From the IMG/VR virus record IMGVR_UViG_3300035424_000203: a stretch of 20,000 bases of DNA. One strand, given 5' to 3'. Below are positions 8,701 through 16,794 of the stretch, piece by piece; positions within the stretch are counted from its first letter, which is position 1, and each line of letters opens with the position of its first letter. A model generated the notes under the pieces. That model was not told the origin of the DNA. It ran no database searches and worked only from the letters and a program-made list of their open reading frames with translations. The position numbers and the translations under genes are program-made. The DNA is from an uncultured virus (IMG/VR IMGVR_UViG_3300035424_000203). Lineage: Duplodnaviria > Heunggongvirae > Uroviricota > Caudoviricetes.

Positions 8701-11700
8701 AGTAAAGACAGCACAAAGCAGTAATGAATTTATAGGTTCACAGAAAGATATTGAAGAGGCTATAAATGGTTATCTTGCAACAGTTCCACAGTTTGCTGGT
8801 TATTATGGAGAGTTAAGTAATGCGGTAGAAAATGCCACAGAAACTATAAATCAATCGACAGAAGACATTTCAACAAATAAGGAATCACTAGAGGATATTA
8901 TAAAGCAATATCCAGAACTTATTAAAAAAGCAACAGTCGGCAAATTGGATGAAGATGTATTAACGTCAACGGATCAATATGCAGAATTATTATTAAAAGT
9001 TGGATTAAGTGCTGATAGTTCTAGTAGTGATGTTAAAAAGTTAGTAGAACAGATTCAGGCAGTTGCGGATAATAACTTAATTGATAATTTAAAAGCAGTA
9101 TCGGATGATTTTGAATCATTAGGTGATGTATATAACACTCTAATGAATAAGGGAGAATCACTTTCTATTGATAATTTAGACAGCGTTCAAAATGTGTTCG
9201 GAGATTTGGACATGTTTGATGAATGGGTAAGGAAGGTAACAGATGCAGAGACAAGTACAGAAGATTTGCAGCAAGCATTTGATGACTTGGCTACTGAATA
9301 CCTTAATACAAGTGAAATTTTCCAATCGTTCCTTGCACAGCTTACAGAACAGAATAAGGAATACTATGCTACACAGCTACAGGCAATGGGTGTTGAAAAC
9401 TATGAAGAAGTCATCTCCTATGCACAGGCACTAAATGAAGCAAAAGAAGTCTTATCGCAGTCAAGCTTAGGGTTTGGGGATGCCACCCAGGATGAAATAG
9501 AATCCCTGATTGCAGAGGGGGCATATTTAGGGCTCACCGCAGATTTGATACTGGCACTATATGATGCTAAAGTTGCGGAACAGGCTGCCACCCTTGATAC
9601 TTCCGCTGATTGCGAGAACCTTATCGCCTTAGCCGGTGACACCGACAAGACAAGCAGGTCTATCCAGCTGCTTACCCATCTAATGGATATCTATAACGGG
9701 CTTGAAAGCGGGGCTTATGATGGGAACCGTTTGTTGCGGGAAGAAGCACTTGCAGAAGTCGACAGGATAAAGAAGGAGCTGGAAGGGCTTGCAAATGGGG
9801 AGGCGAAGGGTTCCCCGATTGAACCTACTGTCAAGCTGGGGGCTAAAGGGAGGTCAAGCGCAAAATCCGCCGGCAAGGAAGCGGCTGATACTTATCTTGA
9901 AGCATTTGAAAAGGAATTAAAAGACCTTGATGACCTGAAAGACCGTGGGAAAATCACGGAAAAACAATACCTGGATGCACTCCGCAGACTCTACCTAAAA
10001 TATTTCCGCGACAAGGAGAAATACCTAAAGGAATACGAGAAATACGAACACCAATACCTTGATGGCATGAAATCCCTCTATGAATCAGCATTCAGCTACA
10101 TCACGAAGCAGGTCGGCAAGCGTATTGATGCATTAAATGATGAAAAGGATGCTGCCGTGTCCGCGCTTGAAGCGGAACGTGACGCAAGGCTTGAAGCCAT
10201 AGAGGCGCAGAAGGAACAGCTTGAAAATGAGATAGAAGGCATCGAGAAGAAGATAGATGCCAAGGAAAAAGAAATCAAGGCGATGCAGGACGCAAATGAG
10301 GAACGCAAAAAAGCCGTTGATTTGCAGAAAGCGGAATATGAATGGCAGCGTATGCAGAACCAGAAGACCGCAAATGTCTATAAGGATGGGCAGATGGTAT
10401 ATGGAGCCGACACGTCTGGAATCCGTGATGCCAAACAGCAGGTGGAAGACGCAAGGCTGGAAATAGACATCTCCAAAATCGAAAAGGAAATAGGCTTGCT
10501 CGAAGACCAGAAAGGCTTATTGGAGGAACAAATCGACTTGCTGGACAAGCAGGCAGACCAGATAAACAAATATTACGACAACCTCATCAAACAGACAGAA
10601 TCACACTATGATGCCATGATAAAGGGCATGGAGGACTACAAGTCGCAGTTCGAGGAATTGACAGATCTGCTTGAGGATGCACAGATGGAGGCGGCACTCT
10701 CTGAACTCGGCATTAACATGGACGCGCTCCTAAGCGGCTCGCAGGAGGAATTTGAAAAGCTGAAAACTGCATATATCGGCATCCTTGCGGACATGGGCCG
10801 TGGGAATGAGGGCGTCATAGACCAGCTGTCAAGGCTTTCCGGTATCAGCACACAGTCCATTAGCTACCTTGAATCCACCAAGGATGCGTTTGATGGGCTT
10901 GGGGATGTGGCATTGGGAGGGCTGGGGGAAAGCATTGACGGCATAGGCGAATCCGTAGGCGCCCTCTCCACAAGCGCAGGCGAAGCATCCTCTGCTGTCT
11001 CCGGGATGCAGACGGACGTGGATAAAGCCACGCAAAGCGTTGCACCGCTGAATACGGAGCTTAGCAGCCTAAAGACGCTAATCACAGAGCTTATCGGGCT
11101 GCTTGACGGCATCAAGTTCCCTGAAATCGGCGATGAAGGCTATGCGCAGAAGCTAAAGGATATCGCACAGGCATTCGGTGAAGTCGCATCGAAATGCAAT
11201 GAATTTAAAAACATAGACTTCTCTTCCATTATAGGCACCCCCGAACCTGGCATGGATGGGGATGAAATGCCTAGCGGGGATGGCATGGGAGGGGCGGCTG
11301 GAACCGGGTTCATGGGGCTTGCAGCAGCCATCAATGAAGCGGTTACATCCATCGGCGAGCAAATGGGCAACCTCGAAACGGCGTTGGACAAAGGGAATAG
11401 CCACTTTAAAAAGCAGATGGCTGTCATCAATGACGAATATATCCCAGCATGGGAGGATCTTCAGACACGGCTTGCTGAAATAATCGGCGTAGGCAGCGGT
11501 GGTGGCGACAACAAAGAAGGCAAAGGGGATAAGGGGGCAGGAAGCAAAAGCGGGAACACTGAACCTGGCGGGAATGATGGCAGCATTATAGATATTATGC
11601 AGACAGGCGGGGATGCAGTTGACGCAAAGCTGGAAGACCCTTGGTTGAAAGCATTCAACGACTTTGCAACGGACGGCGACAATTCCATCCAGACAATATG

Positions 11701-12424
11701 TAATAAAATTATTGAACTTGTATCAGAAATGGCGAGGATCATACAGGAGAAATGTGAAGCTGCCGCAAGCGCATTAAATGCACTGGCAAAAACAGCATCC
11801 TCTTCCCTTCATTCTGTCGGTGGTTCCGTATCTGGGAATACTATACCGTCTCATGCGGAAGGCACAGTTGGGGATGCATTTGCCAACGGAACAGGATACA
11901 AAGGGCTACCCCATGACGAAAAGAATGCGCTCCGTTCAGAATACGGGCAGGCTGAACTCACTGTATACCCAGATGGGAAAACAGAACTTACGACAGAGCC
12001 GGTTATGAGTGATTTGCCGAAAGATACCGTAATATTCAATGAAGAGCAGACTAAGCGAATCATGGAAAACAAGGGCAAAGAACTTGGCAATGCATACGAT
12101 GACGGGACGATAACGCTTGCCGATGGAACGGAAATAAGGCCACTGAACCCAAGCGACAGGGAATACTGGCTGCATAAAAAGTTTGACGAATTTTTCAAGA
12201 AAAACAAGGATGCATTCCTTATGCCCACCAATGCAATGTTCAAAACAGCAGAATCCGTAGATAAGATGGTGGAGGTAATCAACAACAACCATACCATGAA
12301 CCGAGAAATTTCTGTCCATATTGGAGACATTAACTTGCAGGGTGTACAGGATGTAAACTCTCTTTCAAAAGAAATCGTTCTTCGTATGCCTAATATGCTC
12401 CTCCAAGAAATGCACAAAGTATAA
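5786..12424 (+). CDS. Phage tail tape measure protein (TP901-type core), 2212 aa
   Basis: AGGAGG RBS. TMP core motifs (ATEFSKSGY, IDKYNEIGN, IAGKHRAS, AAFMSNPVGIAIMALSTVIG), long Ala/Glu/Lys coiled coils, and a C-terminal HAEGT..AFANGT..DLPKDTVIFN..INLQGVQDV region typical of large Firmicutes siphophage TMPs. Confidence 0.92.
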   Translation: MAQENFWIDLVATLKKAQSKKQVQSDAKNLGEIKVPLIGTLSKAKTKAQLKQDLASLNGTINLTGKVNQKGIVTSVQQATSQAQAAADKKSIQVSMNLKKDKLINDIKILGQQNTKMFKDANMSAKYNSLLDNAKLATSSKEIANLRLQLSAMRSEIKATNLSGLTLGDTFKKTFKRATELFTGTGGVMLLSQQMRKAWTEAINLDKAYTDLIKVQDELSRGNYPTYLEQCNKKAQELASTQKALIEGATEFSKSGYTKTISDGLSEKSTILANVGDMSASDSAKAIISDVQAYDVVDGYDDVIDKANALIDKYNEIGNTASITTSEIAKGVQTVGSVFADANTSVDEFIALLAAGNRQYQDADALALGLRTAALRIRGCTAELEMMNEETEGVYTSASKLAEKIEGLTNVNGTGGVKILEDDEETFRSIYEIFLDISKVYKDMSDTDQSALLELIAGKHRASAISATLNNMSEAQEIYQRSLESTGSAQREYDKYLSSSEAALNRFKASMTETYQSVIDGKTVTGLLNCGNATLQFVNSLGLVESTLKGLIAIGVVKVITTLSAAFKASAIQASNFGTALNTVKNMSTMTKGTTDYTNALKTLKAVSIGLSETQLKQVLASKALSESDRIAILRTTGLTKAQAQAKLAQMGLTQSTNAQTAANGAATASTFSLTAAVKGFGASLKAAFMSNPVGIAIMALSTVIGMVTSAIDSANQEAEEARQKAKDAADTASTLSNEISELTGKYLTLSNAVQTDKSSKEDLMTVQEELIKKLGIEGETIDSLIAKYGSLDEAIKQVTLDELGNMENDLVAGVKAAEDELKEIGKDYEHFYSLTNRNLLSSSGEDAVRAYSVLNEAGIIDKGSYGTGGGSIVLTGDDSTVEGILENYQKLQDAMKALRESDEFTEEELKDNPVFLQIYNRVQEMREFVDGYNDAITDLNQNVAQQQMLSSLKGMELPDTEEEFNAFRDNLVKTAQSSNEFIGSQKDIEEAINGYLATVPQFAGYYGELSNAVENATETINQSTEDISTNKESLEDIIKQYPELIKKATVGKLDEDVLTSTDQYAELLLKVGLSADSSSSDVKKLVEQIQAVADNNLIDNLKAVSDDFESLGDVYNTLMNKGESLSIDNLDSVQNVFGDLDMFDEWVRKVTDAETSTEDLQQAFDDLATEYLNTSEIFQSFLAQLTEQNKEYYATQLQAMGVENYEEVISYAQALNEAKEVLSQSSLGFGDATQDEIESLIAEGAYLGLTADLILALYDAKVAEQAATLDTSADCENLIALAGDTDKTSRSIQLLTHLMDIYNGLESGAYDGNRLLREEALAEVDRIKKELEGLANGEAKGSPIEPTVKLGAKGRSSAKSAGKEAADTYLEAFEKELKDLDDLKDRGKITEKQYLDALRRLYLKYFRDKEKYLKEYEKYEHQYLDGMKSLYESAFSYITKQVGKRIDALNDEKDAAVSALEAERDARLEAIEAQKEQLENEIEGIEKKIDAKEKEIKAMQDANEERKKAVDLQKAEYEWQRMQNQKTANVYKDGQMVYGADTSGIRDAKQQVEDARLEIDISKIEKEIGLLEDQKGLLEEQIDLLDKQADQINKYYDNLIKQTESHYDAMIKGMEDYKSQFEELTDLLEDAQMEAALSELGINMDALLSGSQEEFEKLKTAYIGILADMGRGNEGVIDQLSRLSGISTQSISYLESTKDAFDGLGDVALGGLGESIDGIGESVGALSTSAGEASSAVSGMQTDVDKATQSVAPLNTELSSLKTLITELIGLLDGIKFPEIGDEGYAQKLKDIAQAFGEVASKCNEFKNIDFSSIIGTPEPGMDGDEMPSGDGMGGAAGTGFMGLAAAINEAVTSIGEQMGNLETALDKGNSHFKKQMAVINDEYIPAWEDLQTRLAEIIGVGSGGGDNKEGKGDKGAGSKSGNTEPGGNDGSIIDIMQTGGDAVDAKLEDPWLKAFNDFATDGDNSIQTICNKIIELVSEMARIIQEKCEAAASALNALAKTASSSLHSVGGSVSGNTIPSHAEGTVGDAFANGTGYKGLPHDEKNALRSEYGQAELTVYPDGKTELTTEPVMSDLPKDTVIFNEEQTKRIMENKGKELGNAYDDGTITLADGTEIRPLNPSDREYWLHKKFDEFFKKNKDAFLMPTNAMFKTAESVDKMVEVINNNHTMNREISVHIGDINLQGVQDVNSLSKEIVLRMPNMLLQEMHKV

Positions 12425-12427
12425 ACT

Positions 12428-12459
12428 ATACCGCACTCTGAGATATGGGTGCGGTATTT
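12428..12459 (+). terminator. Stem-loop after the tape measure gene (weak terminator or processing site)
   Basis: ATACCGCACTC-N8-GGGTGCGGTAT with only a short T-tail. Confidence 0.5.
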
Positions 12460-12492
12460 ACAATTAATTTAGATAGGAAAAAGGAAACATTT

Positions 12493-12771
12493 ATGAATGA
12501 CATATTGAACAAAGATATCGAGGCAGTCAAAATACTCGTAAAGGAGATTGCTTCCCTGATAAAAACGCATGAACATAAATATGACAAAACCTTTCCATCC
12601 GCAGTTAAAGCTATAAATAGGGATAATACATACACCATCATGGATGACGGAGGGGTTAAGCGGAAAGTAAAATGCTCCATCCCCAATGCTGCTCTAAAGG
12701 TCGGGCAGTATGTATGGGTTAAGGTTCCATGCGGAAGGCTGGAAGACATGCACATATGTGGGGTTAAATGA
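12493..12771 (+). CDS. Small beta-rich (OB-fold-like) tail-module protein, about 92 aa. The start is moved from 12445 to the ATG at 12493.
   Basis: AAGGAAA lies just upstream of ATG 12493, whereas ATG 12445 is inside the hairpin. The gene sits directly after the TMP and contains the LKVGQYVWVKVP beta motif. Confidence 0.65.
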   Translation: MNDILNKDIEAVKILVKEIASLIKTHEHKYDKTFPSAVKAINRDNTYTIMDDGGVKRKVKCSIPNAALKVGQYVWVKVPCGRLEDMHICGVK

Positions 12772-12811
12772 TAATTAAATTACACTGAATAAAGGAGGTA
12801 TAAAGATATAA

Positions 12812-13645
12812 ATGGCAAAACCAGCAGTAAACAAAATAACTCCTTTTGATGCAACCATGAATAAAACGCTCAGTTTCTCCTGGAATGGCAATCAATCATA
12901 CGCAAACCGCTTAATCATATATAATGCAGATACGATGGAGGTCATATATGACAGGAAAATAAGCACATTCCAACATACCCATATTCTCCCTGCTGGCACT
13001 CTTACAAATGGGAAAAAATGGATTGCACAGTTCCAAACATTTGACATGAATAATGCTGCAAGCGAATTATCTGATAAATTATATTTCCAAACTTTAAAGA
13101 CACCACTCTTCTATTTTTACGAATTGGAAAATGGGCAGACTTTGCATTCAGCATTTTATGATGCACAGATATACTATTTACAGGATGATTATGAGGATAT
13201 TCAGTCTTTTAAATTCTATCTTTATGACGGAACAAAAACACTATTGTTGGAAAGCGAAACCATGTATGACAGCACAAAAATAAGATACCAATATAAAGGT
13301 CTTGATAACCATACCATATACTATTTCCGTTGTCATGGCATGACTGTAAATGGTGTGGAAATTGACACTGGATATATTCAGGTATACACAGATTATAGGC
13401 AGCCAGGAGAATACAGCATTATCTATGCAGAGAACGACCCGCTACATGGCTATATCAAATACCACACCAATATAGTGGTAATACAATATAATGGTGACAA
13501 ATCATTCAGTTTTGAGAATGGGATGATAGATTTACGGGGTGACAATGAAGGTATATATTATGACAAAGGTTTTGTTATAGATGGGGATTTTACATTGAAG
13601 AAATACCTAGAAGAAAGATTATTACTGCAAGCCCATATGATATAG
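12812..13645 (+). CDS. Phage tail/baseplate-region protein with FN3-like beta repeats, probably C-terminally truncated
   Basis: AAAGGAGG RBS. Beta-rich, with FN3-like segments (LTNGKKWIAQFQTFD, KGLDNHTIYYFRCHGMT). After GDFTLK it reads off-frame through the 5' region of the next gene. Confidence 0.65.
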   Translation: MAKPAVNKITPFDATMNKTLSFSWNGNQSYANRLIIYNADTMEVIYDRKISTFQHTHILPAGTLTNGKKWIAQFQTFDMNNAASELSDKLYFQTLKTPLFYFYELENGQTLHSAFYDAQIYYLQDDYEDIQSFKFYLYDGTKTLLLESETMYDSTKIRYQYKGLDNHTIYYFRCHGMTVNGVEIDTGYIQVYTDYRQPGEYSIIYAENDPLHGYIKYHTNIVVIQYNGDKSFSFENGMIDLRGDNEGIYYDKGFVIDGDFTLKKYLEERLLLQAHMI

Positions 13646-14250
13646 GGCATTATTCTTATGAAAAAGTTATAGATCCAGACAAATTTTCAACAAGACCTTC
13701 TCATTATGCTTGGTTAAGGCTATTAAGAGAAGTAAAAGAGAATGATGTTACATTGTATGAAGATTGGTATGATTATTGTTCTTTTGAAAATTGGTATGAT
13801 TCTAATAAATATGAGTTTGATAACCAAGAGATTTATTTGAAAAATGGATATTGGGGTGATCCTAATGTTTATTCGCCAGAGACTTGTGTGTTTGTTCCGC
13901 AATGTATAGCCATGATGTTAAGGACGGACTATTTACAACCTCATAGAATGAAAATGAGAAAATATAATCTTCCAGTAGGTATAAATTACGGAAGAAACAG
14001 TAACGGTGATATTAAAAATGGTTATTATATTGTGACATTATCATTAACAGAAGAGGACAGAAGAGTACCCGTAGGAAGAACTGATACATTAGAAGAAGCG
14101 TTTTATTTTTTTAAATACATGAAGGAGCAACATATTAAAATATACGCAGAATCAGTACGGGATAGAATACCAGAGAAACTATATAATTATATGATGAAAT
14201 TTGAGTGGAACGATGACATAAAAAAATACACGGAGGTAAAAGAAAAGTAG
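13594..14250 (+). pseudogene. 5'-truncated HNH-endonuclease-like/AP2 phage protein, paralog 1 (the track calls 13753..14250)
   Basis: The frame is open from 13564 with no ATG, GTG or TTG until 13753. The upstream part (PYDIGHYS...HYAWLRLL) aligns with the N-termini of paralogs 2 and 3. Core motifs are EDWYDYCSFENWY, YSPETCVFVP, NLPVG and TLEEAF. Confidence 0.6.
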
Positions 14251-14849
14251 TGGATTTATTGTTGGATAATGAAATATGGGGATTAAATAAAGATGCCAGA
14301 TTGACAAATGGGATAGGATATTTTGGAAATGATAAGCGATATGAATTTAATAATAAGGCATATAATGTATGGTATCATATTTTAAGACAGATAAAAAACG
14401 ATCCTGAAAATAATTCGATTTGTGAGGTATGGAAAGACTATAATAATTTTTTGGAGTGGTATGATAAGAATTATTATTCAGTGGAAGATGAAAAAATGGA
14501 TTTGTTAAAAGATATATTTGATAAGAATAATCAAATGTATTCGCCAGAGACTTGTGTGTTTGTTCCATACAGAATTACAAGATTGTTAAAAGGAACGGCA
14601 TCTAAAACAAATCTTCCAGTTGGTGTAGGGAAAAAGAAAAATTCAGATATGTATTATTCAACATGTTCTGTTATTAGGCATGGTAAGAAGACTACTGTTA
14701 GACATAGCGGCTTTCATAGTCCTGAAGAAGCGTTTGAACAATATAAAAAGGATAGAAAACAATATATCAAGGATGTTGCAGATTCATATAGATATGATAT
14801 ACCAGAAAAACTATATTATGCCATTATAGAATGGGAGATTGATAAATAA
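14250..14849 (+). CDS. HNH-endonuclease-like/AP2 phage protein, paralog 2, 199 aa, degenerate active site
   Basis: TAGTG coupling and a GGAGG RBS. Motifs GIGY, ICEVWKDYNNFLEWY, LLKDIF, YSPETCVFVP, NLPVGV, SPEEAF, IPEKLY. Confidence 0.75.
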   Translation: MDLLLDNEIWGLNKDARLTNGIGYFGNDKRYEFNNKAYNVWYHILRQIKNDPENNSICEVWKDYNNFLEWYDKNYYSVEDEKMDLLKDIFDKNNQMYSPETCVFVPYRITRLLKGTASKTNLPVGVGKKKNSDMYYSTCSVIRHGKKTTVRHSGFHSPEEAFEQYKKDRKQYIKDVADSYRYDIPEKLYYAIIEWEIDK

Positions 14850-15596
14850 ATGGCAAAAAATAAGATAGATTTAGATTTATGGGGAATTAATGAGGGAGGT
14901 ATACAAGATAATCTTTGCAAGGCTACATATGGAATAGGTTTTTATTCTAATGAAAGCAATATTACAGAAGAAGAAATAAAATCAAAATGTAATGTTATTT
15001 GGAGAAGAATGTTTTCATTATGTTACAGCATTTCTGATTCGTATACTAAAGGTAAAAACGGAAGAGAATACACGTTATGTAAGGAATGGTATGATTACAA
15101 TAATTTTAAGAAATGGTACGATGAAAATTATTATGAATTAGAAAATGAAAATGTTCATTTTTCTCCAATGTGTATAAAAAAGAATAATACACATTTTTGT
15201 CCGCAATTATGTGTATTTGTACCACAATCTATATTAGGTCTGTTATATGGCTATACAAAAGAAGAATATGAAAATAAATGTGTGTGTGGTGTACAAAGAG
15301 TCAAAAGGAAAGACGAAAATAAATACTCCTATAAAAGCGTAATGAAAATTGCAGCAGAATTAAATAAAGGTAGCGATAATTATTATATAGGAACATATGA
15401 TACAGCAGAAGAAGCCTTTATAAATTATAAAATCGTCAAAGAATTATACATAAAAGGTGTAGCTTATCATTATAAAGATAGAATACCAGAGAAATTATAT
15501 AATGCTATGCTGAATTGGGAAATAGAAAAGGATGATAATACTGTAAAATATGAAAACTCAAGAACACGAAAAGACATATTTAGATTACAAAAATGA
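14850..15596 (+). CDS. HNH-endonuclease-like/AP2 phage protein, paralog 3, 248 aa, degenerate active site
   Basis: TAAATG abutment. Motifs GIGFY, LCKEWYDYNNFKKWY, FCPQLCVFVP, YIGTYDTAEEAF (AP2-like), IPEKLY. Confidence 0.75.
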   Translation: MAKNKIDLDLWGINEGGIQDNLCKATYGIGFYSNESNITEEEIKSKCNVIWRRMFSLCYSISDSYTKGKNGREYTLCKEWYDYNNFKKWYDENYYELENENVHFSPMCIKKNNTHFCPQLCVFVPQSILGLLYGYTKEEYENKCVCGVQRVKRKDENKYSYKSVMKIAAELNKGSDNYYIGTYDTAEEAFINYKIVKELYIKGVAYHYKDRIPEKLYNAMLNWEIEKDDNTVKYENSRTRKDIFRLQK

Positions 15597-15735
15597 GCAT
15601 ATGAAAAAATACAGGAATAATCAAGATATTAAAAACGATTGTGCAAGATATATGGGGTTTAAAAATTATCTTGGATTTCTGTCATATCAAATGGAAGGAT
15701 ATTTTCAAAGATCAGGTGATAGATTTGGAGAATAA
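15550..15735 (+). CDS. Possible small hypothetical protein, 61 aa
   Basis: Fills the gap before a hairpin, but overlaps paralog 3 by 47 nt and has no clear RBS. Confidence 0.3.
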   Translation: MKTQEHEKTYLDYKNEHMKKYRNNQDIKNDCARYMGFKNYLGFLSYQMEGYFQRSGDRFGE

Positions 15736-15737
15736 AT

Positions 15738-15765
15738 ACATATAGAGATATATGTTATTTTTTTT
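15738..15765 (+). terminator. Weak intrinsic terminator
   Basis: ACATATA-GAGA-TATATGT followed by TA and T8. Confidence 0.4.
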
Positions 15766-15798
15766 CACAAAAATAATAATTATATGGAGGAATAGTAC

Positions 15799-16341
15799 AT
15801 GAGCAACACAAAGAAAGAAAATAAGATTGTATATTTTGGATCACTGGAACTATTACAAACTATGGCTGAAAATAATGTACTGTATTATTTTAAGTCTGTA
15901 AAATTCAAAGACAAATATCCCTTATTTGGATTTATAGCAGTTCCAAAAGTTTTAAAATTGATTGATAAATTTTCAGAGAAACATTGTGGTGGTACAAATC
16001 ATACTGTAGATGATGTTTCATTGTGGAAAGACAATGTAGGTTTTATTACAAGTGATAAACAAGGCATTGACACGATTATTACAAGAAATATACATATTGT
16101 TAAATCAATTATTCAATATGGGTATGGTTATAGGATTAATAAAATTTACATAGATAAAAGTGGTAAACGTGTATTTAGGTTTTATTCATGTCCAGAAATT
16201 GAAACAATTAAAGCTGATGGAGATAAAGTTAGTCACGATAAATGGGAACGTAAACAGAAAAATACAAAAGAAAAGCCAGTTAATGAAACCATGAAAAAAT
16301 TAATTGATAAGGCTATGACAGATGCACATATAGAAAATTGA
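15799..16341 (+). CDS. Hypothetical phage protein, 180 aa, possibly two tandem DUF5659-like small domains
   Basis: GGAGG RBS. Two segments share a similar strand-helix-strand-strand-FxF-helix pattern. Confidence 0.7.
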   Translation: MSNTKKENKIVYFGSLELLQTMAENNVLYYFKSVKFKDKYPLFGFIAVPKVLKLIDKFSEKHCGGTNHTVDDVSLWKDNVGFITSDKQGIDTIITRNIHIVKSIIQYGYGYRINKIYIDKSGKRVFRFYSCPEIETIKADGDKVSHDKWERKQKNTKEKPVNETMKKLIDKAMTDAHIEN

Positions 16342-16345
16342 AATT

Positions 16346-16651
16346 ATGGGAGAAAATATAATGGATGAAAAAGAATTTGATTATGAAGAATATAGAAATA
16401 ATTTAGAAAAGGCAGTTGAAATTCATGATAAGTTTTACAGGCTTAGAAATATAATAATTTATTTTGTCCTGTATTCTGTATTGTATTCATTTGTGATTAA
16501 ATCATTGATTACAAATGGATTGACAATGTTTTTATCATTGGCACTTGTTTATTTAATAAATAAATTCATGACATATTTATTTGATGAAATAAGATTTACA
16601 ATAAGAATTTTAAAAAAAATCATAACAAGAAAAGGAGAAAGTAATAGATGA
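16346..16651 (+). CDS. Small membrane protein with two predicted transmembrane helices (the start may be ATG 16361)
   Basis: Hydrophobic stretches IIIYFVLYSVLYSFVI and LTMFLSLALVYLI. GGGAG lies upstream of the second ATG. Confidence 0.7.
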   Translation: MGENIMDEKEFDYEEYRNNLEKAVEIHDKFYRLRNIIIYFVLYSVLYSFVIKSLITNGLTMFLSLALVYLINKFMTYLFDEIRFTIRILKKIITRKGESNR

Positions 16652-16794
16652 ACAAGAAGACAAAAGATTTATTAACATTATTAGGAATCGGAGGGTTGCT
16701 ATTTCAGGTAATAAAAACAATAGTTAATGAAGCAAAAGATCAAGTAGTAAAAGATATTAATGAAAAAATTGAAAATATGGAGGAAACTAAATAG
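16648..16794 (+). CDS. Unannotated 48-aa peptide with an N-terminal hydrophobic helix (not in the ORF track)
   Basis: AAAGGAGA RBS at 16631-16638, ATGA overlap with the upstream gene and TAGTG overlap with the downstream gene. Sequence MNKKTKDLLTLLGIGGLLFQVIKTIVNEAKDQVVKDINEKIENMEETK. Confidence 0.75.
   Translation: MNKKTKDLLTLLGIGGLLFQVIKTIVNEAKDQVVKDINEKIENMEETK

Noticed and set aside
12445..12492. ORF-track start at 12445
   Set aside because: It lies inside the post-TMP hairpin without an RBS. ATG 12493 has a purine-rich RBS.
9243..12755. Numerous alternative-frame and antisense ORFs within the TMP 3' half and the next gene
   Set aside because: Shadow ORFs caused by higher GC and coiled-coil codon periodicity, with no recognisable motifs.
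5786..13645. Functional tailocin (phage-tail bacteriocin) locus
   Set aside because: No tail tube, chaperone, fibre or lysis genes are visible, and the tail gene looks truncated.
13870..14566. Diversity-generating retroelement TR/VR pair
   Set aside because: The repeat is only 29 nt and identical, with no adenine-specific mismatches, and there is no reverse transcriptase in the window.
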